DNA of 64,000 nucleotides from Acutalibacteraceae bacterium (GCA_045637705.1 JAZTZY010000013.1:11154-75153), one strand, 5' to 3'; positions 32,081 to 40,927 are shown, counted from the stretch's first letter. Notes: generated by a model from the sequence alone, not told the origin. Numbers and translations: made by a program.

Positions 32081-32566
32081 ATGAGAAAAATAATTTCTGT
32101 TATTTTAGCTGTATTAATGCTTTTCAGTGTTATGGCTGTTTCAGCTTCTGCTGCAATGGGTAAGTGCACATGTGACGATCACAAAGAAGACACAACCTGT
32201 CATTGCTGCATCAACTGTCCTGAAAACCCCTCATTCGGTTATGTAACACCTTGCTATAAGGAAAAGGTTAACGGCAAGTATGTTCTCAAAGATAAACCCT
32301 GCTGTGATGATTGCAAAGGCTTTATCGATAACGACCTTAAGTGCGGTTGCGAATGCAAATGTTGCACACTTAATGCAGACGGCACAATCGGCAACTCAGG
32401 CCTTGCTATCGGCGGCGTTTGGGAAGAAGTATGGGACGAAGAAGCTCAGGAAGAATTCGTAACAGGCTTCCAGGCTATCCTGAAGAGAATCTCAGATGTA
32501 TTTGACAGAATCTTCAATGCTATCTTCGAGTTCTTAAGACTTGACGAAGTTCTCGGCAGAAACTAA
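32081..32566 (+). CDS. Cysteine-rich secreted protein with a C-terminal amphipathic Trp/Glu helix
   Basis: Signal peptide. At least 18 Cys in an approximately 80-aa stretch (CTCDD...CHCCINC...CCDDC...CGCECKCC), followed by GGVWEEVWDEEAQEEF...IFNAIFEFL. Has its own promoter (TTGACT-17-TATAAT) and terminator. Confidence 0.6.
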   Translation: MRKIISVILAVLMLFSVMAVSASAAMGKCTCDDHKEDTTCHCCINCPENPSFGYVTPCYKEKVNGKYVLKDKPCCDDCKGFIDNDLKCGCECKCCTLNADGTIGNSGLAIGGVWEEVWDEEAQEEFVTGFQAILKRISDVFDRIFNAIFEFLRLDEVLGRN

Positions 32567-32581
32567 AATCAGAATGATATT

Positions 32582-32612
32582 AAAGGTCGTCTCAGACGGC
32601 CTTTGATTTTTT
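32582..32612 (+). terminator. Rho-independent terminator
   Basis: aaaggtcgtc-tcag-acggccttt plus TTTTTT. Confidence 0.55.
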
Positions 32613-32655
32613 ATAAGGTAGAAAATCAGATTATGAAATAATTTTGAATAAACTA

Positions 32656-32684
32656 TTGACATTTATTTATCTCTAATATATAAT
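32656..32684 (+). promoter_or_regulatory. Promoter of small-peptide gene A
   Basis: TTGACA, 17-nt spacer, TATAAT. The upstream sequence tttgaataaactat is conserved with copy B. Confidence 0.55.
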
Positions 32685-32737
32685 GAGACTATGTTGAAGG
32701 GTAACCTTTGATAAATCTTGAAATGGAGGAAATTACA

Positions 32738-32827
32738 ATGGCAGACGCATTTGCAAAGTTCGAAGCTGTATGGCAGGCTATCTGGGCTTACATCTATGCA
32801 ATCCTTGAATACTTCGAAGTAAAATAA
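32738..32827 (+). CDS. Small amphipathic Trp-rich peptide A (29 aa)
   Basis: GGAGG RBS 8 nt upstream. MADAFAKFEAVWQAIWAYIYAILEYFEVK. Own promoter and terminator; paralogue of peptide B. Confidence 0.5.
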   Translation: MADAFAKFEAVWQAIWAYIYAILEYFEVK

Positions 32828-32841
32828 TCAACTGAGATTGA

Positions 32842-32859
32842 TTTAAACAATTGTTTAAA
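32842..32859. promoter_or_regulatory. Perfect 18-bp palindrome TTTAAACAATTGTTTAAA
   Basis: Read directly; lies between the peptide A stop and its terminator. Confidence 0.5.
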
Positions 32860-32861
32860 AA

Positions 32862-32895
32862 GAAAAAGCCACCTTTAAGGTGGCTTTTTCTTTTG
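32862..32895 (+). terminator. Rho-independent terminator
   Basis: aaaaagccacc-ttta-aggtggcttttt. Confidence 0.75.
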
Positions 32896-32956
32896 GCGTT
32901 TATTATCTGATTGTAAAAACTTTTCGATGAAATATTAAAAGAATTTGAATAAACTA

Positions 32957-32985
32957 TTGACATTTCAAAGACACTGTTATATAAT
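32957..32985 (+). promoter_or_regulatory. Promoter of small-peptide gene B
   Basis: TTGACA, 17-nt spacer, TATAAT. Leader conserved with copy A (gagacYatRttRaagggtRacctttgataaat). Confidence 0.55.
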
Positions 32986-33039
32986 GAGACCATATTAAAG
33001 GGTGACCTTTGATAAATATTAAATACGGAGGAAATATTC

Positions 33040-33141
33040 ATGCAGACTTTTAAAGATATGTGGCAGATGCTTTGGAACCTCATCTATGAGATTCTTGCTA
33101 TCTTCGGCATCGAAAAGGATGAAGAAGGCAACCTTGCATAA
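33040..33141 (+). CDS. Small amphipathic Trp-rich peptide B (33 aa)
   Basis: GGAGG RBS. MQTFKDMWQMLWNLIYEILAIFGIEKDEEGNLA. Confidence 0.5.
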   Translation: MQTFKDMWQMLWNLIYEILAIFGIEKDEEGNLA

Positions 33142-33161
33142 GTTCTAAACAATTATCGCGA

Positions 33162-33177
33162 TTAAACAATTGTTTAA
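33162..33177. promoter_or_regulatory. 16-bp palindrome TTAAACAATTGTTTAA, with an extra TAAACAATT half-site upstream
   Basis: Read directly; lies between the peptide B stop and its terminator. Confidence 0.5.
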
Positions 33178-33180
33178 TAG

Positions 33181-33220
33181 ACAAAACCTGTCCGATAAGG
33201 ACAGGTTTTGTTTTTGTTTA
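33181..33220 (+). terminator. Rho-independent terminator
   Basis: caaaacctgtcc-gataa-ggacaggttttg plus a T-run. Confidence 0.75.
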
Positions 33221-34081
33221 TTCAAGATTTTTAAATTCTTCAAGTTCTTTTTTATCGACCTTGATCTGAGAGTCTTTCACAATTTTAACATCGCTTCTGT
33301 TGACAACAATGGGAGCTGCTTCGGGTTTCTTTTCAAGTGAAACCTTAAGAACGCCTGTGAGAAGATTGAAGTCCACAACTGTGCCTCTGCCTTCTTTGGT
33401 GTCAACAATGGCGCCGTTTTTAGGTGTGACCTTGAGAAGATGCTCATAAGCCTCCTGCTCATATTTCAGACAGCACATAAGTCTGCCGCAGGTACCGCTG
33501 ATTTTTGCTGTGCTCAGGAAAAGACTCTGCTCTTTTGCCATTTTGATAGATACCGGCTGGAAAGAACCAAGGAAAGTGTTACAGCAGAAAGGTCTTCCGC
33601 AGATGCCGAGACCGCCGACCTTTTTGCTTTCGTCTCTGACACCGATTTGTCTGAGCTCAATTCGGGTGTGGAAAATACCAGCAAGGTCTTTTACAAGCTC
33701 ACGGAAATCGACTCTGTTGTCAGCTGTGAAATAGAAAAGCACCTTGCTTCTGTCAAAGGTGTATTCAACATCGACCAGCTTCATATCCAGCTTGTGGTGC
33801 TGAATTTTCTGAAGGCACACATCGAAAGCAGCCTTTTCTTTCTGCTTGTTTTCTTCAACTGTTGCGAAGTCCTTTGCTGTTGCCTCTCTGAGCACAGGCT
33901 TGAGAGGTGCAGTGATTTCTTCATCGGGAATATCTCTGTTGGCGATAGTGACTTCACCGAATTCGAGACCTCTTGCCGTTTCAACAATGACCTTGTCTCC
34001 GCGTTTGAACTTTATATTTTTAGGGTCAAAATAGTAGTTTTTGCCCACTTCTTTAAATCTGACTGAGATAACCTCTGCCAT
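33218..34081 (-). CDS. ricT: RicT/YaaT (PSP1 domain) protein
   Basis: PSP1 C-terminal domain with paired CC motifs (GICGRPFCC, GRLMCCLKYE). Conserved holB-yaaT synteny. Confidence 0.85.
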   Translation of the reverse strand: MAEVISVRFKEVGKNYYFDPKNIKFKRGDKVIVETARGLEFGEVTIANRDIPDEEITAPLKPVLREATAKDFATVEENKQKEKAAFDVCLQKIQHHKLDMKLVDVEYTFDRSKVLFYFTADNRVDFRELVKDLAGIFHTRIELRQIGVRDESKKVGGLGICGRPFCCNTFLGSFQPVSIKMAKEQSLFLSTAKISGTCGRLMCCLKYEQEAYEHLLKVTPKNGAIVDTKEGRGTVVDFNLLTGVLKVSLEKKPEAAPIVVNRSDVKIVKDSQIKVDKKELEEFKNLE

Positions 34082-34106
34082 AGTTTATCACCCTTTCTTA
34101 ACGGTG

Positions 34107-34973
34107 TTATTTTATAGAATATAATATAGATGAGAGTCTTGTAAGGGAAAGATTGTGATTGGCTGAATTTTCTGAATTATCCCTTAAAGCCTGAATTTCT
34201 TTCAGTAAGAGCATAAGCTTTTTCTGAGTGAGTGAATTTCTGAGAGTTTCTGCTGTTTCTTTTTCACCGCTTATAAGTACCCTGCCGCCGCTTGAAAGCA
34301 CAAGCGCATCTCTCAGAAGAGGCTCCATATCTTTGAGTACCGACATAAACAAGGTTTTATCTTTTTGAAAGACTGCGGTTTTTCTGATGAAGTCGAGCTC
34401 GTTGCCTCTGACAAGACCCGTAAGCAGACTGCAGGCAAGCTCCCTTGATTTTTCGCTTTCTTCGTCTGACTTTTCAATCACGGCTTCGCCCATAGAATAG
34501 GCTGTGGCGCGGGAGATGATGGTGTCCAGAAGCGAAGATTTCGAGGGGCAGGTGAGTATAAAAGCAACGTGCTTTGCCGGCTCTTCAAAAATTTTAAGCA
34601 GAGCATTCTGAGCCTGAGGGTTCATATTCTGGGCTTCGCATATGATATAGACACTTTTGTCGCCGTCGTTGGGATAAACCTTTGCCTTTTCTTTTATATC
34701 ACGGATATCGTCAACTTTTATCAGGGCACCCTGCTTGTCCGTTATATGCAGATCAGGGTGTGAGCCGACAGATACCTTATGACAGGAAGGACAATTTTTG
34801 CAAGGCTTGTTGTCACTTCTGCAAAGAATAGCCATAGCTGTTTCCTTGGCGGCACTGAGCCGAGCCTCAGCCGAAGCACCTTCGAATATAAGGGCGTGGG
34901 AAAGTTTTCCCGAAGCTATAGCTGAAGACACAGCGTTTTTAAAAGACGGTATGACAGCTATATTTTCAAACAT
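34107..34973 (-). CDS. holB: DNA polymerase III subunit delta'
   Basis: HALIFEGASAEARLSAAKETAMAILC and Zn-module CKNCPSCHKV. Confidence 0.85.
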   Translation of the reverse strand: MFENIAVIPSFKNAVSSAIASGKLSHALIFEGASAEARLSAAKETAMAILCRSDNKPCKNCPSCHKVSVGSHPDLHITDKQGALIKVDDIRDIKEKAKVYPNDGDKSVYIICEAQNMNPQAQNALLKIFEEPAKHVAFILTCPSKSSLLDTIISRATAYSMGEAVIEKSDEESEKSRELACSLLTGLVRGNELDFIRKTAVFQKDKTLFMSVLKDMEPLLRDALVLSSGGRVLISGEKETAETLRNSLTQKKLMLLLKEIQALRDNSENSANHNLSLTRLSSILYSIK

Positions 34974-35087
34974 TCCTGAGCTCTCCTTAAATATACATTC
35001 ATAACATTATATAATATTATTCCTGATTTGACAAGTGGCAAATCAAAAAAACTCCGCCCTTTGCCTTTGAAAGAGCGGAGTAAAATA

Positions 35088-35294
35088 TTACAGATTGAAT
35101 ATTGCTTTGAGCTTTTCTATGGAAAAATTTTTCTTTGCCTTTGGAGCATCATCTGATTTTACGGGTTTGGCTGATGAGTACCCTGCCGTGGTTATGCCCT
35201 GAATCTTTGCTTCTTCGTGCGATGCATCGCCGCCGCAAAGAGGACATCTCTTGTAGTTTTCGCCAAGATCTACATTACATTTATTACATCTCAT
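35088..35294 (-). CDS. Small zinc-ribbon protein
   Basis: CNKC...CPLCGG, 68 aa. Overlaps the upstream acyltransferase stop by 11 nt in another frame. Confidence 0.4.
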   Translation of the reverse strand: MRCNKCNVDLGENYKRCPLCGGDASHEEAKIQGITTAGYSSAKPVKSDDAPKAKKNFSIEKLKAIFNL

Positions 35295-36570
35295 CTGAAG
35301 TTCCTCCGTTTCCGTTGGTGCTTTCGATTCTTACACTCAGGCCCTGAGAGGTGAGTGCTCTGACACATTCCATAGGCCATGAGGTGTCGTGTCCGCAGAC
35401 AGAGAAGCACATACTGATGAGTCCGTTGTTGCTTGATACAGAGCAGGTGCTCACAAGACCGTAACCGCTTGTGTCACCGTTTATGCCCTCGAATCTTTCA
35501 ATGGCATCTGAGAGCTCCTGACTGAAATCTGCACTGCCGATATTTGTCAGGATAGTTGTAAATCCTGCGTGAGTCTTTTTCTGAGAGAAGCGAAGTACCG
35601 GCTGTTTGATAAAGTTAGGCACTATTTTTAAAACGGGATTATTCACAAGGTTGCCGAATTTATTGAGCTGTTTCTGCAGTTCGGCAGGTGAAGTATTCTG
35701 TTTTATCTGACCTGAGACTTTCTCACAAATCTCGTCAAAAGTCCAATCGGTTCTGCCCTCGGGATAAAAGAAAACCTTAGTCTGCACTGAGAAGTTTCTG
35801 ACAGTTTCAGATGGGAAGAAACGGCGCAGGTTAACGGGTACGGCAATAACAATCGGGTCATTTACAGGCTCTTTTGCGTGGTTGAGAGTGCCGAGAATAA
35901 GTGCAGCCACAAGATATTCGGTAATGGTAAGTCCCTTAGCTTTCGAAAGCTTTTTGAGTTCGTCAACTGTAAACATTGCGAATATAAGCTGAATGAAATC
36001 TCTTTCTATCTCAGCTTTGATGTGATAAGCTTTGGGCTCGTTGCCGTCAGGAGTCTCGCCGCCTTTAATATAATAGTCAGCGTAGGCGTTGCTGAGCTCG
36101 CCTTCTTTGGGCTGAGTGAATATATATTCGCTGTCGGGATTTTTATAAAGCTCATAGTATCTTGTCAGAAGAGCCGTGAAATAATCTGTTCCGCCCTTGC
36201 CGTCAGCCAAAAAGTGAGCGCACTCAATAGCAACTCTGCGCTTATGATAGACAATTCTGAAGTCAGGTCTGTTGTCATCACGCATAGCAATCGGCATAAG
36301 CACCTTTGAGTGTTCGGGTCTGATTTCAGGCAGAGCATCAGTGCACTCCTGATAATTCCAGAAAAAGCCTTTTCTTATGCGGGTGTGCATAGAGGGGAAT
36401 CTCGGCATAATATCTTCAGCAGCTTTTCTGAGTAAGTTTTCATCAATTTCAATATCTTTAAAGACTGCTGCGGTTCTGAAAGTTCTGCCCCAGGTTTTAC
36501 TGCTCAGACACGAGAACATAATCGAAGCTGTATCGGTTTTCATCCAACGATATTCAGTCATAAATATCAC
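35284..36570 (-). CDS. HxxxDG-motif acyltransferase (condensation/WS-DGAT/alcohol-acetyltransferase-like)
   Basis: ECAHFLADGKG matches the HxxxDG catalytic motif of the CAT/condensation superfamily. 428 aa. Confidence 0.55.
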   Translation of the reverse strand: MIFMTEYRWMKTDTASIMFSCLSSKTWGRTFRTAAVFKDIEIDENLLRKAAEDIMPRFPSMHTRIRKGFFWNYQECTDALPEIRPEHSKVLMPIAMRDDNRPDFRIVYHKRRVAIECAHFLADGKGGTDYFTALLTRYYELYKNPDSEYIFTQPKEGELSNAYADYYIKGGETPDGNEPKAYHIKAEIERDFIQLIFAMFTVDELKKLSKAKGLTITEYLVAALILGTLNHAKEPVNDPIVIAVPVNLRRFFPSETVRNFSVQTKVFFYPEGRTDWTFDEICEKVSGQIKQNTSPAELQKQLNKFGNLVNNPVLKIVPNFIKQPVLRFSQKKTHAGFTTILTNIGSADFSQELSDAIERFEGINGDTSGYGLVSTCSVSSNNGLISMCFSVCGHDTSWPMECVRALTSQGLSVRIESTNGNGGTSDEM

Positions 36571-36820
36571 AATCTCCTAATACATATTATTAAAAAAATA
36601 CCGAAATTGATTATAACATTTGGGTAGTTATTTGTCAAATCTTTCATTTTTATACAGGAAAATGGAAGATAAAAGAATCTGAAGCATAAAAATGTCGAGG
36701 ATTATCCAAATTTACTAAAATTTTGAAAAATAACCTGTATTTTTTTACTTAAAACTATTGATATTTTTATTTTATGTGCTAAAATGAAGATACAAAAAGA
36801 CAAAATAGGAGGAAACTACT

Positions 36821-36991
36821 ATGGCATATGTAATTGGTGACGACTGCATGGCTTGCGGCGCTTGCGCAGCAGATTGCCCTGTTGAAGCTATCAGCGAAGG
36901 TGACGGCAAGTATGTTATCGATGCTGACGTTTGCATCGAATGCGGTGCTTGTGCAGGTTCATGCCCCGTTGAAGCTATCAGCGAAGCATAA
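36821..36991 (+). CDS. 2x[4Fe-4S] clostridial-type ferredoxin (56 aa)
   Basis: Two CxxCxxCxxxCP motifs (CMACGACAADCP, CIECGACAGSCP). GGAGG RBS. Not in the ORF track because it is under 60 aa. Confidence 0.85.
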   Translation: MAYVIGDDCMACGACAADCPVEAISEGDGKYVIDADVCIECGACAGSCPVEAISEA

Positions 36992-37108
36992 TTAAAAATG
37001 AGTTTTTCTTGAGGGAGCGATCAGATGATCGGCTCCCTCAAGTTTTGTCTTGACAATATAAAGGGCGAAATCTATAATATACTAAGATTAAATGAAAGGG
37101 GCACTGCC

Positions 37109-38269
37109 ATGATAACGGGAATAGTCTGCGAATATAATCCGTTTCACAACGGTCATCTCTATCAGATTGAAAAAGCTAAGGCCATGGGCGCTGATAAGAT
37201 AGTCTGCGTTATGAGCGGCAACTTTGTTCAGAGGGGCGAATGTGCTTTCTTTTCAAAACATCTCAGAGCAAGAGCTGCTGTTATGTGCGGAGCAGATGTT
37301 GTTATAGATTTGCCGACTCCCTGGGCGATGGCTTCGGCTGAAACCTTTGCAAGAGGCAGTGTAGGACTCCTCGGAAATTTCGGAATTGATGCTCTCTCTT
37401 TCGGCTGTGAGAGCGATGATGAAAAGCTTCTCAGAGCCTGTGCCGAAAAAATAAAAGATGATGAGACGGGTGCTCTTATCAAAAAGTACACTGCCGAGGG
37501 TATGTCATATCCCGAAGCAGTAAGCAGAGCACTGACAGAATGTCTCGGCGAAAAAGCAGGGGAAACAGTCGCGTCTCCCAACAATACATTAGCAATTGAA
37601 TATATCAGGCATCTTCCTGATGATATAAGACTTCTGCCTGTTAAGCGCATAGGTGCAGACCACGACAGTGATACAGCAAAAGATAATATAGCCAGTGCGA
37701 GTATGCTCAGAGGATTGAGGCTGAATGATGAGGCTCTCACATTCGTGCCGGAAAAACTCCTGCCTTTATATAAAGAGGCCGATGTTTACAGCTTGTCATA
37801 CTGTGAGAGAGCAATTCTCTCGGCTCTGAGGTTTATGGATAAAGAAGAAATTTCGCTTTATGTCAGCGACAAAAGCGGACTTGATATGAGAATTTATGAC
37901 AGTCTGCATACGGCAGACTCATTAGAAAACCTTTATGCTATGGCTAAAAGCAAGAATTATACCCACTCGAGAGTCAGACGGGAAATTATGAATCTCTGGC
38001 TGAAAGTGAAGAAAGACTACTCTGAGGGCATACCTCCATATATGAGAATTCTTGCCGTCAGTGAGAGGGGACTCTCAATGTTATCGGGTGCTAAAGAAAA
38101 CTCGGCACTGCCGATTATTACAAAATATGCCGAAGCTAAAAACCTCTCAGGCAAAGCTAAAGAAATCTACGAAGCCGAGTGCAGAAACACCGACCTTTTC
38201 TCCCTTTGCACAGAAAAAATAAGAGAGTGCTCTGTTGAAAAGAAACACTCTCTGTCAATTATCAGATGA
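37109..38269 (+). CDS. tmcAL: tRNA(Met) cytidine acetate ligase (DUF795/YlbM family nucleotidyltransferase)
   Basis: ITGIVCEYNPFHNGHLYQIEKAK (HxGH class nucleotidyltransferase) and conserved length. Confidence 0.75.
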   Translation: MITGIVCEYNPFHNGHLYQIEKAKAMGADKIVCVMSGNFVQRGECAFFSKHLRARAAVMCGADVVIDLPTPWAMASAETFARGSVGLLGNFGIDALSFGCESDDEKLLRACAEKIKDDETGALIKKYTAEGMSYPEAVSRALTECLGEKAGETVASPNNTLAIEYIRHLPDDIRLLPVKRIGADHDSDTAKDNIASASMLRGLRLNDEALTFVPEKLLPLYKEADVYSLSYCERAILSALRFMDKEEISLYVSDKSGLDMRIYDSLHTADSLENLYAMAKSKNYTHSRVRREIMNLWLKVKKDYSEGIPPYMRILAVSERGLSMLSGAKENSALPIITKYAEAKNLSGKAKEIYEAECRNTDLFSLCTEKIRECSVEKKHSLSIIR

Positions 38270-39560
38270 TTTCGCCGATGAGATAATCTCCGTCAGCTAA
38301 ATCTGTAATTTTAACATTCACAAGACTGCCGTTTAATTCCTGCGGCAGTTTTGTTTTTACTTTTACGGGGATATAATTTGCGGTGTGACCTGTATAATAT
38401 CCGTCGTCGGATTTGCTCTCGATAATAACATCATAGATTTTGCCGATTTGCGAGTGAAAGAAGTTTCGTCTTATTTCTTCGGCTTTTTCTATCATTATCT
38501 TGCAGCGGTCTTCCTTGACTTTTTTATCAAGGTGACCGTCTAACTTTTCGGCACGGGTACCCTTTCTTACGGAGTAGGGGAAAACATGAACTTTTTCAAA
38601 GGCGATTTCTTCCATAAATTTAAGGCTTGTCTGAAAATCTTCGTCAGTTTCACCTGCAAAGCCAACCATAATGTCGGTGGTGAGTGTGCAGTCTTTAAAG
38701 CACTCGCGGAGCTTTTTGCAAAGGCGGCGGTAATCCTCGGTGTCGTAGTGACGGTTCATTCTCTTGAGAGTGCTGTCGCAACCGCTCTGAAGTGATATAT
38801 GGAACTGAGGACAGAGCTTTTCGCATTCCGAGAGCTTTTCGATAACCTCATCTGTCAGATGGTCAGGCTCAAGAGAGCCGAGACGGACTCTGAGAATACC
38901 CTCGGTATCATTGGCGACTTTAACGGCTTCGGGGAAAGTACAGCCGATATCCGAGCCGTAGGAAGAAAGATTGATGCCCACGAGCACAACCTCTTTATAG
39001 CCGTTGGCGCTTATATTCTGAAGCTCGGCTTTAAGTTCATCAAGAGGCTTTGAGCGTACTCTGCCGCGGGCGTAAGGTATAACACAGTAAGAGCAGAAAC
39101 GGTTGCAACCGTCCTGAATCTTAACATAAGCTCTTGTTCTTTCTTCAAAAGCTGTTATGGTGTCGCCATGAAAGCGGTCGCCGGTTTTATGGTCTTTAAC
39201 CTCAAAGGCTCTGGAGCCGAATTTGATATAATTTCCGAGAATATCAGGCAGGTCTTTATTATTCTTGTTGCCCAAAACAATATCAGCTTCAAGAAGCTCT
39301 TTTGCCTTGTCGGGATAAGCCTGAGGCATACATCCTGTGAGCACAACAATGCCGTGAGGGTTCTGCCTCTTGAAACGGCGCACAGCCTGACGGGTCTTTC
39401 TGTCGGACTCTGCCGTAACGGTGCAGGAGTTGACAATAACCACATCGGCACTGTCTTTAGCCTCTGCAATTTCATATCCTCTTTTTTTCAGGCTTTCGCC
39501 TATTGCCTGACTCTCATACTGATTGACCTTACAACCGAGAGTATAAAATTTAACTTTCAT
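38262..39560 (-). CDS. mtaB: tRNA t6A37 methylthiotransferase MtaB (radical SAM, MiaB-like)
   Basis: N-terminal MTTase domain (YTLGCKVNQYESQ), radical-SAM CxxxCxxC (CNRFCSYCVIPYARG) and a C-terminal TRAM domain. Confidence 0.85.
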   Translation of the reverse strand: MKVKFYTLGCKVNQYESQAIGESLKKRGYEIAEAKDSADVVIVNSCTVTAESDRKTRQAVRRFKRQNPHGIVVLTGCMPQAYPDKAKELLEADIVLGNKNNKDLPDILGNYIKFGSRAFEVKDHKTGDRFHGDTITAFEERTRAYVKIQDGCNRFCSYCVIPYARGRVRSKPLDELKAELQNISANGYKEVVLVGINLSSYGSDIGCTFPEAVKVANDTEGILRVRLGSLEPDHLTDEVIEKLSECEKLCPQFHISLQSGCDSTLKRMNRHYDTEDYRRLCKKLRECFKDCTLTTDIMVGFAGETDEDFQTSLKFMEEIAFEKVHVFPYSVRKGTRAEKLDGHLDKKVKEDRCKIMIEKAEEIRRNFFHSQIGKIYDVIIESKSDDGYYTGHTANYIPVKVKTKLPQELNGSLVNVKITDLADGDYLIGEII

Positions 39561-39686
39561 CTTAACTCAACCTTGTATTATGATAGTGACATTATAAAGC
39601 AAAAGCATTTATTATTCAAGATGTTTGTTTTAAATTAAAGTGAAGATTCATAAATATCATTGAAAGAAAAATTTGAGGTGATATTT

Positions 39687-40841
39687 ATGAAAAAGACGAT
39701 TTTCTCTTTGCTGATGTCAATAATGCTTACAGGGTGTTTATCTCTTGGTACTCTTGCCGTAAACGAAAGTGAAATTGATATCAGGGCAAAAGCGGCAGTG
39801 CTTATGGATGCTTCGACGGGGCAGGTGCTCTATAGCTTCAATGAAAATGAAAAGCTTTATCCTGCATCGGTGACAAAGATAATGCCCTTGCTTTTATTTA
39901 TGGAGGCTGTTGATAACGGAAAAATTGCTCTGACGGATACCGTAACAACAAGTCCCACAGCGGCAGGTAAGGGCGGAAGTCAGATATGGCTCAAAGAGGG
40001 CGAAGAGATGACAGTTGACGAGCTGCTTCGGGCAACGGCAATAGGCAGTGCCAACGATGCCTGCACAGCTCTGGGCGAGCATATAGCAGGCAGTGAGGTG
40101 GGCTTTGTCAAAATGATGAATGACAGAGCAAAAGAGCTTGGCATGGTGAACACAAATTTTGTCAACTGTTCGGGTCTTGACGATGATACCACAGAACACC
40201 TTACCACGGCTTATGATATTGCACTTATGTCGAGAGAGCTTCTCAGACACGAACGCATAAAGACTTACACTACTGTATGGATGGACTCACTTCGGGGCGG
40301 CGAAACACAGCTTGTCAACACCAATAAACTCGTCAGATTTTACAGCGGAACAACAGGTCTTAAAACCGGTACAACATCAAAGGCGGGCCATTGTCTGAGC
40401 GCTTCGGCTGAAAGAGACGGACTTCACCTGATAGCCGTTATTATGGGCGCAGACAACAGCACCGATAGATTTGAGGGGGCAAAAGCTATGCTCAACTGGG
40501 GCTTTGCCAACTATGAAACCGTGACACCGCAGATAGATTCATCACTTTTCGGTGAGACCCGGATAATCAGAGGAGTGCAGGAGAGTCTCAGACCCGTTAT
40601 CACGGGAGTGGTACCCCTGACACTGAAAGCCGGTCAGAAAGCAGAGCTTCAGACGGAAATAACCCTCAGTGAAAGTGTTGAGGCGCCTGTAGAAAAAAAT
40701 CAGACCCTCGGCAGTGTCAGTCTGAAAATCGGCGATGAGGAAATAGCAAGGTATAATCTCGTCAGCGATATTTATATAGAAAAGACAAATCTCGGTCATA
40801 TTATAGCCAGATTTTTCCGTGCTCTTGCAAAAAGTGCATAA
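39687..40841 (+). CDS. D-alanyl-D-alanine carboxypeptidase (PBP5/DacB-like, S11)
   Basis: Signal/lipobox, SVTKIM (SxxK), SGN-like motif and KTGTT. Confidence 0.8.
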   Translation: MKKTIFSLLMSIMLTGCLSLGTLAVNESEIDIRAKAAVLMDASTGQVLYSFNENEKLYPASVTKIMPLLLFMEAVDNGKIALTDTVTTSPTAAGKGGSQIWLKEGEEMTVDELLRATAIGSANDACTALGEHIAGSEVGFVKMMNDRAKELGMVNTNFVNCSGLDDDTTEHLTTAYDIALMSRELLRHERIKTYTTVWMDSLRGGETQLVNTNKLVRFYSGTTGLKTGTTSKAGHCLSASAERDGLHLIAVIMGADNSTDRFEGAKAMLNWGFANYETVTPQIDSSLFGETRIIRGVQESLRPVITGVVPLTLKAGQKAELQTEITLSESVEAPVEKNQTLGSVSLKIGDEEIARYNLVSDIYIEKTNLGHIIARFFRALAKSA

Positions 40842-40927
40842 TATTTATGCTTATATCGGTTGACAAATGGTGAAAATTATATTAAAATGAACAAAATAGA
40901 TAAACTAACCTCAGGAGAGAAAAAACT

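Noticed and set aside
32738-33141. Small peptides as classical class-II or leaderless bacteriocins
   Set aside because: There is no double-glycine leader, and both peptides are net acidic, whereas leaderless bacteriocins are strongly cationic. They are kept as novel amphipathic peptides rather than assigned to that class.
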